DNA of 32,000 nt from contig JAJRVL010000004.1 of NCBI GenBank assembly GCA_024277355.1, positions 120,001 to 152,000 on the forward strand. Reading direction: 5' to 3'. Each line of letters starts with the position of its first letter. Within the stretch, counting starts at the first letter, position 1. Under the pieces are notes generated by a model. It ran no database searches, was not told the DNA's origin, and saw nothing but the letters and a program-made list of their open reading frames with translations. Shown one piece after another: positions 24,516-32,000 of this stretch. The position numbers and the translations under genes are program-made. Source of the DNA: an archaeon (GTDB lineage: Archaea; Iainarchaeota; Iainarchaeia; Iainarchaeales; 1-14-0-10-31-34).

Positions 24516-25592
24516 TTATTTTCCTTTTAATGCAAAGAAACCTATTCCTAAAATTGCTGCAATAACAACAACAACTGCAAGAGTTCCCTGAATATTATTT
24601 AAACCAAAAAATCCAGTTGAAGGAACAACAGGAGGCGCATTGTCTTTTGTTTCTTCAGTAATAGTTGAAATACATTCTCCTGCATTACAAACAGAATCTT
24701 CTCCGCAAGAAGTTCCATCTAATTGATTATTATAATTACATACTCCTTCAGAACAAGAATCAATAGTGCATGGGTTTCCGTCATTGCAGTCAACATCTAA
24801 ACATAAATTATCTGTTCCTGTTCCAAGAGTTTCTTCTGAAGTTTCATCTTCTTTTGGTTCTTCAACAGAACAATCAACTAAAGAAAAATCTTTTTTTACT
24901 TTTAAGTATCCAGGCTTGTAAACTTCAAGTTTGTATTCAATTGCTTCAGTTAAATTAAAATCAAAAATCCCATTAATATCTGTTGTACCTGAAATTAAAG
25001 ATTTATTTTCTTTAAATACAACTACAGTAGTATTACTTGCAGGTTTTTTATTTGAAAGTTTAACTTCAACTAAAGCATTAGAATTAATGCATTTATTAGA
25101 AATGGTTACGCCAAGGCCTCCGCCACCTCCGCCTCCACCGCCGCCGCCAGAGCTTCCTCCGGAAGGACTTCCAGTATCAGCAGGTGCAGGACAGTCAGCC
25201 GCACAAGAAGAAGAATTTTCGCTTCCATTACATACTCCATCACCGCAAAAAGGATCAATAGTTAAAGCTAAATTTAATTCAGTTAAACCATTATTCATAA
25301 AAGTTGATTCAGCAACTTTTGTTGCATTAACAAAAAATTCAATTGTTTCTCCCTGATTAACTCCATCTGGATCAGAAACAAAAAATAAATCAGGAGTAAA
25401 ACCATAAGTTCCATCAATAGAATTAATTGAACCAAACTCAACTCCATCAATTTGAGCACTAATAGTTGCATTATTTGCAGGATTGTCGTTAATAGTTACT
25501 TGTCCATAAAATTGATGCGGCCATCCAACCGCAAAAACTGAACTCAATAAAAATACTGAAAAAATAATTAAAATAAAATAATTTAACTTCAT
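24516..25592 (-). CDS. Cell-surface protein with signal peptide, Cys-rich modules, poly-Gly linker and a C-terminal PGF-CTERM-like anchor (358 aa)
   Basis: Signal peptide FILIIFSVFLLSSVFA. CGDGVCNGSENSSSCAADCP module. An uninterrupted run of 11 Gly within a longer Gly/Ser linker. A CarboxypepD_reg-like stretch (GTTDINGIFDFNL..YKLEVYKPGY). A Cys-rich C.D.NPCT.D.C repeat. C-terminal PSTGFFGL plus hydrophobic helix plus KGK. GGGGGA lies 8 nt upstream of the ATG. Confidence 0.85.
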   Translation of the reverse strand: MKLNYFILIIFSVFLLSSVFAVGWPHQFYGQVTINDNPANNATISAQIDGVEFGSINSIDGTYGFTPDLFFVSDPDGVNQGETIEFFVNATKVAESTFMNNGLTELNLALTIDPFCGDGVCNGSENSSSCAADCPAPADTGSPSGGSSGGGGGGGGGGGLGVTISNKCINSNALVEVKLSNKKPASNTTVVVFKENKSLISGTTDINGIFDFNLTEAIEYKLEVYKPGYLKVKKDFSLVDCSVEEPKEDETSEETLGTGTDNLCLDVDCNDGNPCTIDSCSEGVCNYNNQLDGTSCGEDSVCNAGECISTITEETKDNAPPVVPSTGFFGLNNIQGTLAVVVVIAAILGIGFFALKGK

Positions 25593-25655
25593 ATATAGTC
25601 CCCCTTAATTAACTAATTAATATATTCAGTTTTTATGTAAAAAAGAATAAAAAGA

Positions 25656-25679
25656 GTGGGTTTTAGTCAAAAAACCCAC
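25656..25679 (-). terminator. Hairpin straddling the stop codon of the 1687-aa gene, followed by a T-rich tract
   Basis: GTGGGTTTT (25656-25664) pairs perfectly with AAAACCCAC (25671-25679). On the minus strand the hairpin is followed by TCTTTTTATTCTTTTTT. Confidence 0.45.
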
Positions 25680-28600
25680 AATTTGTTGTGTATGCATATG
25701 TGTTATTTCCGCTGGAATCAATCCAATAACCTGCTCCTGGATCCAAATTGGCATAGTAGTCAAACTCTGACCACAAACTAGTGTTTGGATCGCCATCAGT
25801 GTTATATAGTTCCCAATAAGACACTAATGAAGTCCAGCCTTTGTCAAGATATGAATCTCCTAAAGAATACAAAGCACATCCTGCTTCTTTTCCATTTCCT
25901 TCTGGACCATTATATCCTTCCTGGCCTTCTAATCCATAATATCCAATTAAGTTCCATCCGTCTTTTAGATCTCTACTTGGAGGAGTTACTGCTGGACTAA
26001 ACAAGCTTCCACCTAACAACAAAGTATCTGCTTCATAAGCTCTAATCCAATAACCCCATCCTGGAGTAATTGAATCTAAATTGCTTAATTCAGGTTGACC
26101 TGGATGATAGACATACCATGAATCAGTAAAAGCATCATAAGTCCAAACTGATTCAACGTTATCCATTACATCACTGAATACATCTTCTATGTCGTCATTG
26201 ATTAAAACAAACGGAACTGAAACTAAATTCCATTTTTTGTTTAATTCAATTTCAAAGGTTGTTCCTTCAACTTTGAATTTTTCGTCATCTATTGTTCCAA
26301 TGTTTCCTAATGCGTCTTCACAATAATACTTTAAGTTGTGTTCTGTTTCTTCAGTGAAATAGAACTGCAGTTCTTTTTGATTTATATGACACCATCCATC
26401 ATCAGTCATTGTTCCTTCATATGTTTCACAATAATTTTCTGTAGTGTCATCTGCATCTAATTCAACTTTAAAGTAAATTGTTTCATGGTCAACTGGATGA
26501 GGGTCAAGGTCATTACATGCCATTGTAATTGGAGTAAGTAAAGTTACTTTCCAGCATTCCATTTCATTTCCTTGTCCATTCCAGCAAAGTTCTCCTATTT
26601 CAGGATAATAAGCTGAATCCATTCCATTCCATGGGTCGCTTGGTTCTCCAACTGTTTTAACTGTTTCAGGTGCAGTTTCGTCAACAAAGACACATTGTTT
26701 GTGTACAGAAAACTTGTCTACATTGTCTGTTGCTTTGATTTCAATTAAATGACAAGATTCTTCTCCTGCATAAAATCCTTCTTCAGAATATTCAGTCCAG
26801 TTTCCTGTTCCTTCTATTCCTTGGCATAATTCTATGTCTCTGCAGTTTTCTTCTTCAACCAAAGAAACTTTGTATTCAATTAAAGCTAATCCTGATGGAT
26901 GTGGTTCTGGATCATATGCTTCTGCATAAATTGGAGTTTGAGTTGTAATCCATTCTAATCCTTCTTCAGTGAAATAAGGGTCACCAAACCCTTTTTTTAT
27001 TACTGGAGGTGTTTTGTCTACAACAAATTCTGAATAATCACTGCTTGTATTTCCTAGTGCATCCCAGCAGGTAATTTCTAATTGGTGTCTTGATTCTTCT
27101 GGGAAGTTAATAACAAATGGCGGAGTTATTCCTGTTTCTCCTCCGCTTGCATTACCATCAAGCAAGGCATAAGACCAATCACATATAACTGAATCTACTG
27201 GGTGAGGTGTTGGATCAACTGCATCAACATGGATTTCTGTTACTCCATCAATAATACATTCATCGCCTTCTTCTATTGCTGGGCAAGTTCCAATTTGTGG
27301 TCCTTCAACTGTTTTGGTTATTACTGGTGGAACTGTTTCAACTGTAAAGTATTCTAAGTCTATTTCATTTGCATTTCCTAATCCGTCTGTACAATAATAT
27401 TCAAGGTTATGATAAGAGTCTTCCTGGAAATTAAATTCCATTGCGCCTCTTTCTGTACAGCACCAGCCGTCTTGATTTGGTTCACAGTAATTTCCTGTTA
27501 TGTCTTCATAGCCATTATCTTCTAATGAAACTTTATAACATAAAGTTTCTCTTTCAACTGGGTGAGGATATGCATCTTCGCAAGACAAAAAGAAAGGTGT
27601 GTCAGTTGTAACAAATTCTTCTGTGTCTTCACATTGAGGTGCTGGAGCTTGTCCGCCTAAACCACAAGTTCCTGATTCAATTGCATAAGCTCTTGCACTT
27701 CCATCATATGCATCCCTAATCCACATTACTTCTGTTGGGAAATAAGTTTGTGGATCGCATTCCATGTCTTCAATTCTATAATTAGTGTTAACAAAAGTGT
27801 CAAGAATTGTTAGATCATTTCTGTGAACTCTTAAAGTTGTTTCAAATCCATTTGTTCCAAGATAAAAGTTTTCTCCGCCAATTGCTATTCCGCTATTTTG
27901 TACTAAATCTGGATGGATTGCTGAAAGGTCAACTGTTCCAAGGAATGTTCCGTCTGAAGCCATGTGAACCATTATTGATTGTACGTCATCACTATACCAA
28001 ATGCTGTCATCAGTTGCATCAAATGCAATTCCATCGTCCAAACAATAAGAAACATATTGTGATGGAACTGAAAATTGATATGTTGCAGCTCCTGTTACTG
28101 GATCAATTAAGTAAACTGGTCCTCCTCCTGACTGGTCACAGCCATAAGTTCCAGTCCAAAGCATACCTCTAGTCGCATCAAAAGATAATGCTCCTAAACC
28201 TGATTCAGCAATTCCTGTTGTTGGAATAACTTCATGACCTGAACCATCTGGTCTTATTTTGTATAAATTTGTACTGTCAATATAAGTGTAGTACAAGAAT
28301 TCTCCGTCAAAAGCTACTCCTACTCCTGTTCCGCTTCCTTCAGGGAAATTCATTGTAAATACTTCATCTCCAACTGCATAAAGAGAATCTACTGGAGGAG
28401 CTTGGTCTCCTTGTACTTCAACATTACAATCTTGTCCTAATTTTATTACATAAGGTTCTCCGATTTCTTTTGTTCCTTGTGGAGGAGTATTGTCAACAAA
28501 AGGACACTGCCATTGTAATAGTTCTTCGTTTCCTAGTTTGTCTATTGAATAAAATTCAATTACATGACATGATTCTTCTGCTTTAAAGAATTCTGTGAAA

Positions 28601-30726
28601 TTTCCTGGAACAATATTCCAAGGTGACTCAAAATTATCTACCCATTGAGAATAGTAATCTGGAGTACAGAAATCAGCTGGATTATAACACGCATCCCATC
28701 CTTCTTCAGCTGAAATAACCATGTTTCTCCAGTAAATTTCTTCTACTCCTACTTTTTCGTCAACTGAATTCAACCAAACTGGAGTTAAAGAAGTAATCCA
28801 TTCTTCTGGACCTGAACCATAAACATATGGTTCACCGTAAGTTTTTGTTGTAACTGGTGGATTGCCGTCAACCAAAAAAGTTTCAACATCAGTAGCAGTA
28901 TTTCCTAATGCATCCCAGCATTCAATAGTTAATTCATGAGTTGAATCTTCTTCGAAAATTATTGTCCAGTCATTTGTTTTAGGATAATTCCATCCATAGA
29001 ATTCTCCTTCATAGTCATAACCCCATTTGCATGAAACATTATTCACTGCATGAATGCTTTGAACATCATTTACACTAACCTGAATTTCTGTTTCAAATGG
29101 AAGTATATAACAGTCATCTCCTTGTCCTGGAGGACAAATACCTTTGTAGTCTCCATTCATTGTTTTTGTAATTATTGGAGGTTCATTGTCAACTTTATCT
29201 ATTTCAAAAAAGTGTTCTGATTCTTTTCCTACTGCATCAGTACACCAGTATTCTAATTCATGCATTGACTGTTCAGGGAAAAAAATTGTTGTTTCTTCGG
29301 TTTGCTGTGAAAATCCCATCCAGTCTCCAAAATCTAAACCTTCATTAACTCTATATCTCCAAGATAATACAACGTCTCCTGAAGGGTGAGGTAATTGGTC
29401 TTCACAAGTTAAAGTAATTGGAGTTTCAGAAGTAATATAATAATCACAGTTATCTCCATCTTCGCATACATATTGAGGATCTCCTACAGTTTTATCAACT
29501 AAAGGAGGAGTTTTGTCAACAAAAAAACAATTTGTTTTAACGTCTTCAATGTTTCCTATTTTGTCAACTGAATAATATTCTAATACATGACATGCTTCTT
29601 CAATGCCTGCTAAAGGAGCAGTATATTCAGTCCATCCGTCTCCTGAAGCATTAGGAATTCCAGTTTGCCATCCTTCACAAGAATTCAAACAATAAGAATC
29701 ATCTACAGGACCAGAAAGATTGAAATAAGTTTTAACTTCTCCAATATTACAACCGTGTTCTGTTGGATCAGGGTCACTTGATTCAATTACAACAGTTGAA
29801 ATTCCATCAATCCATTCAACTCCGTTTTCTATTTTCAGTGGACCAGTAAAATGTTTATTTGAGTCAGGAGGAGTTGAATCAACTTTGTCTGTTTCAGTTA
29901 TTGTTGTTTTGTTTCCTGCAATATCAGTGCATTCTATTTCAATTAAATGCTCTGAATCTTCTGCAAAAGAAAAATCAAAATAAATGTCTCCGTCATTTGT
30001 ATAAGGTGCCCATTGACTGAAGTTTCCGCCGTCAAGTGAATATCTCCACTGGCATTGTTCTAATCCTAAATTACATTCATCATCTTTTATGGAATCAGAA
30101 CCAAAAACATCAATTACTGTGTCTTGGGTAATCCAGTAATCACATATTTCTGTTGCAGGATTACATTGATCATCAATTAAAATTTTTGGATCATTAACTG
30201 TTTTTTCAACAACAGGAGGACTGCAGTCAATTCTTACTTCAGGTTGTTTATATTCATGTTCTCCTACTGGTTGAGCATTATCTAAAGTTGAAATCAAAAA
30301 AGAACTTGCACAAGAACTAGGTTCCATTGCTGCAGTAAAATTAAAATCTTGGCTTGTTCCAGGAAGTATTCTGTTTCCGCCGGTTATTTGCTGAGTTTTA
30401 TATTCACAATAACCATAAATAGCAGTAAAATCAAATAGCTCCCAGCCTGCCGGAGCAGAACCGCATGAAAAATCTAAGTTTCCTACAGTTCCCTGATAAA
30501 TTCTTACTTCAAAAATATCATCAATACTTAAAGCATCGTTTGCAATTGTAACAACAAATTCATTTCCTGAGTCACTACAATTAGCTATGTCTGGACTTAA
30601 ACTTACTGTTGTATCATGCACAGCAAAAACAAGACTTGAAAACAAAATTAGTGATAAAAATAAAAGTGAAACTTTTCCCCCAAAAGAATTAATAAAAGAT
30701 TTTTTATGGTAAGATAACCAAGACAT
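25663..30726 (-). CDS. Giant secreted surface protein (1687 aa): signal peptide, ~9 Ig-like repeat modules, inserted beta-propeller-like region, duplicated C-terminal GWNL...PG.GYW module
   Basis: Signal peptide LLFLSLILFSSLVFA. The recurring module end H.[LI]E[YI].[CS].D.[LAV]GN......VD.[TNE][PA]P..[TK]K..G.P occurs about 9 times, with D..PHP motifs in between. Residues ~780-1030 are Gly/Asp/Tyr-rich blades (GVAFDG.FLYYT, GALSFDA, DGIAFDA, SGIAIGG). The C-terminal ~215 aa contain two W/Y-rich units. There is no C-terminal anchor. GGGGGG lies 9 nt upstream of the ATG. Confidence 0.9.
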   Translation of the reverse strand: MSWLSYHKKSFINSFGGKVSLLFLSLILFSSLVFAVHDTTVSLSPDIANCSDSGNEFVVTIANDALSIDDIFEVRIYQGTVGNLDFSCGSAPAGWELFDFTAIYGYCEYKTQQITGGNRILPGTSQDFNFTAAMEPSSCASSFLISTLDNAQPVGEHEYKQPEVRIDCSPPVVEKTVNDPKILIDDQCNPATEICDYWITQDTVIDVFGSDSIKDDECNLGLEQCQWRYSLDGGNFSQWAPYTNDGDIYFDFSFAEDSEHLIEIECTDIAGNKTTITETDKVDSTPPDSNKHFTGPLKIENGVEWIDGISTVVIESSDPDPTEHGCNIGEVKTYFNLSGPVDDSYCLNSCEGWQTGIPNASGDGWTEYTAPLAGIEEACHVLEYYSVDKIGNIEDVKTNCFFVDKTPPLVDKTVGDPQYVCEDGDNCDYYITSETPITLTCEDQLPHPSGDVVLSWRYRVNEGLDFGDWMGFSQQTEETTIFFPEQSMHELEYWCTDAVGKESEHFFEIDKVDNEPPIITKTMNGDYKGICPPGQGDDCYILPFETEIQVSVNDVQSIHAVNNVSCKWGYDYEGEFYGWNYPKTNDWTIIFEEDSTHELTIECWDALGNTATDVETFLVDGNPPVTTKTYGEPYVYGSGPEEWITSLTPVWLNSVDEKVGVEEIYWRNMVISAEEGWDACYNPADFCTPDYYSQWVDNFESPWNIVPGNFTEFFKAEESCHVIEFYSIDKLGNEELLQWQCPFVDNTPPQGTKEIGEPYVIKLGQDCNVEVQGDQAPPVDSLYAVGDEVFTMNFPEGSGTGVGVAFDGEFLYYTYIDSTNLYKIRPDGSGHEVIPTTGIAESGLGALSFDATRGMLWTGTYGCDQSGGGPVYLIDPVTGAATYQFSVPSQYVSYCLDDGIAFDATDDSIWYSDDVQSIMVHMASDGTFLGTVDLSAIHPDLVQNSGIAIGGENFYLGTNGFETTLRVHRNDLTILDTFVNTNYRIEDMECDPQTYFPTEVMWIRDAYDGSARAYAIESGTCGLGGQAPAPQCEDTEEFVTTDTPFFLSCEDAYPHPVERETLCYKVSLEDNGYEDITGNYCEPNQDGWCCTERGAMEFNFQEDSYHNLEYYCTDGLGNANEIDLEYFTVETVPPVITKTVEGPQIGTCPAIEEGDECIIDGVTEIHVDAVDPTPHPVDSVICDWSYALLDGNASGGETGITPPFVINFPEESRHQLEITCWDALGNTSSDYSEFVVDKTPPVIKKGFGDPYFTEEGLEWITTQTPIYAEAYDPEPHPSGLALIEYKVSLVEEENCRDIELCQGIEGTGNWTEYSEEGFYAGEESCHLIEIKATDNVDKFSVHKQCVFVDETAPETVKTVGEPSDPWNGMDSAYYPEIGELCWNGQGNEMECWKVTLLTPITMACNDLDPHPVDHETIYFKVELDADDTTENYCETYEGTMTDDGWCHINQKELQFYFTEETEHNLKYYCEDALGNIGTIDDEKFKVEGTTFEIELNKKWNLVSVPFVLINDDIEDVFSDVMDNVESVWTYDAFTDSWYVYHPGQPELSNLDSITPGWGYWIRAYEADTLLLGGSLFSPAVTPPSRDLKDGWNLIGYYGLEGQEGYNGPEGNGKEAGCALYSLGDSYLDKGWTSLVSYWELYNTDGDPNTSLWSEFDYYANLDPGAGYWIDSSGNNTYAYTTNCGFFD

Positions 30727-30743
30727 AAATATAGACCCCCCTA

Positions 30744-30768
30744 TATAGAAAAAAATTATTTTTCTATA
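30744..30768. promoter_or_regulatory. Perfect 10-bp inverted repeat TATAGAAAAA-aatta-TTTTTCTATA in the divergent control region
   Basis: Seen directly in the sequence. It lies 18-42 nt upstream of the giant gene's ATG, abutting its G6 Shine-Dalgarno run. It is a candidate operator, promoter element or 5'-UTR hairpin. It is AT-rich, so its statistical weight is moderate. Confidence 0.3.
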
Positions 30769-30917
30769 ATTATTAAACGCCTTATCTTTAAATACTTTAA
30801 GTTTTAGTCAAAAAATTATGTTTAAGTTAAAGGTTTGTTGCTACTTAACAGTTTATAAATTTTTTTTATCTGAATTACATCATATTACATTAGAGGATTT
30901 ATCAGAGAGTTGAAGTT

Positions 30918-31226
30918 ATGCCTTTTAAAAATGAAAAAAATTTAAATTCTTTAAATAATTACAATAAAACTATTGATAAAAATATTTTTCTTAAACTTTC
31001 TCCTTTGCAGCAAAAAATTGTTAACGAATTATCTTTTGGCCCTTTAACTTTAACTCAATTAAGTGAAAAAACTGAGTCAAGCATTTATACAATTGGAAAA
31101 CAATTATCAATGCTTCAAGGGAGAACAAAATGCAACTGCTTAAAAAATAAAGGAATTAATTGTCCTTTAATAAAAAAAAATAAAGATGAAAAAATAAAAA
31201 CAACTTACTGCCTTTGTTTTGAATAA
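30918..31226 (+). CDS. Small winged-helix-turn-helix protein with a Cys-rich C-terminus (102 aa)
   Basis: LSPLQQKIVNELSFGPLTLTQLSEKTESSIYTIGKQLSMLQ fits the ArsR/MarR-like wHTH pattern. The C-terminal sequence is C.C...........C..........YCLC. It is divergent from the giant gene, and TTTATAAA lies at 30854-30861 upstream. Confidence 0.6.
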   Translation: MPFKNEKNLNSLNNYNKTIDKNIFLKLSPLQQKIVNELSFGPLTLTQLSEKTESSIYTIGKQLSMLQGRTKCNCLKNKGINCPLIKKNKDEKIKTTYCLCFE

Positions 31227-31298
31227 AAAAAATCTTAGTTTAGTCTGCTAAATAACGTTCCAGAACTTCTTTTAATTGTTTTATTTTAAAATTAATTA

Positions 31299-32000
31299 AT
31301 GAATCATTTAACTGAACTTGAAAGTCAGAGCATTTATATTATTAGAGAAGCCTACAAAAAATTCAATAACCCTGCAATACTCTGGAGTATGGGAAAAGAT
31401 TCAACTACTTTACTTTGGCTTTGTAAAAAAGCTTTTTTTGGAAAAATTCCTTTTCCAGTAGTTCATATTGATACTTCATTTAAGTTTAAAGAAATTTATG
31501 ATTTCAGAGACAAGTATGCAAAAGAATGGAATCTTAATTTAATTATAGAAAAAAATAAGAAAGCATTAAAGGAAGGAATTAATCCTAATAAAGGAGTATT
31601 TGAATGCTGTAATAAACTTAAAACACAGGCATTTAAGGAAGTGATAAACAAACATAAATTTAATGCAGTTTTTCTTGGAATTAGAAGAGATGAACATGGA
31701 ATAAGAGGAAAAGAAAGAATTTTTTCTTTAAGAGGGAAAGACTTTAAATGGAATTATTCTGATCAGGATGCTGAAGTATGGGATTTATATTCTGATGAAA
31801 CCGGAAAAAAACAGCATATGCGAGTTCATCCATTGCTTAACTGGACTGAACAAGATATCTGGAAATACATTCAGAAAGAAAACATTCCAATAGTAAAACT
31901 TTATTTTTCTGATTACAGAGAAAAAGGAAAAAGATTCAGAAGCATTGGATGTGAAAGATGCTGTAATCCAATGAAAAGCAATGCTGATTCAATTAAAAAA
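31299..32000 (+). CDS. PAPS reductase / sulfate adenylyltransferase subunit 2 (CysD)-like PP-loop protein; the C-terminus lies beyond the right window edge
   Basis: The frame is open from ATG 31299 to the window end (234 codons) and is absent from the track because it is edge-truncated. It has the PP-loop ILWSMGKDSTTLLWL, then FPVVHIDT, GIRRDE and HPLLNWTEQDIW, typical of the CysD/CysH family. Confidence 0.85.
   Translation, partial: MNHLTELESQSIYIIREAYKKFNNPAILWSMGKDSTTLLWLCKKAFFGKIPFPVVHIDTSFKFKEIYDFRDKYAKEWNLNLIIEKNKKALKEGINPNKGVFECCNKLKTQAFKEVINKHKFNAVFLGIRRDEHGIRGKERIFSLRGKDFKWNYSDQDAEVWDLYSDETGKKQHMRVHPLLNWTEQDIWKYIQKENIPIVKLYFSDYREKGKRFRSIGCERCCNPMKSNADSIKK

Noticed and set aside
24931-25356. 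A 141-aa plus-strand ORF containing a poly-Pro run, and the GC-rich tract at ~25120-25170
   Set aside because: It is the antisense of the poly-Gly linker of the 358-aa surface protein. The GC-rich tract is mixed GGN codons, not a non-coding repeat.
25660-30815. The 15-mer GTTTTAGTCAAAAAA at both 25660-25674 (giant gene stop) and 30801-30815 (upstream of its start), as possible flanking att-like repeats
   Set aside because: At this A/T bias, a rough estimate gives tens of chance 15-mer matches of such composition in a 32-kb window, counting both strands. There is no extension of identity on either side.
12338-30883. The 14-mer CTGAATTACATCAT at 12338-12351 and 30870-30883. It contains ATGATG on the reverse strand, so I tested it as a C-box.
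   Set aside because: No partner D/C'/D' boxes are present at proper spacing. One copy is the thermosome stop region. Chance repetition is likely in AT-rich DNA.

Overview
Strongly AT-rich archaeal chromosome fragment with tightly packed genes. It is most consistent with a small-genome DPANN/nanoarchaeal-type organism. The markers are a thermosome, a crenarchaeal-type OB-fold SSB, a histone-fold protein, a C/D-box sRNA, TATA-box/leaderless starts, a very Lys-rich proteome and giant Cys-rich secreted proteins. Confident housekeeping calls: ileS, thermosome, tRNA-Ile(UAU), SSB, nitroreductase, HAD hydrolase, PPC/DUF296 protein, a PAPS-reductase/CysD-like gene (runs off the right edge), and a five-gene plus-strand operon (malic enzyme, two-subunit class I fumarase, MtnA-type isomerase, aldolase::kinase-like fusion). 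Features that ordinary annotation would miss or leave unexplained: (1) two paralogous three-gene cassettes, each a P-loop-less KaiC/RecA-like protein plus two tiny 3-TM proteins, bracketing the metabolic operon; (2) a four-gene operon alternating membrane-anchored helical 'A' proteins and secreted 'B' proteins, the last running off the left edge; (3) a 1687-aa secreted protein of Ig-like repeats with an inserted beta-propeller-like region, next to a 358-aa C-terminally anchored partner and a divergent wHTH gene; (4) tRNA-Ile(UAU) about 130 nt upstream of ileS on the same strand, separated by four hairpins; (5) a family of short GC-rich hairpin modules 3' of minus-strand genes, one sitting between 44-bp direct copies of the ileS 3' end; (6) a second tandem duplication of a gene 3' end; (7) a textbook but unannotated C/D-box sRNA. 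I saw no CRISPR array, rRNA, transposase or integrase. All homology statements come from motif recognition by eye, not from database searches.
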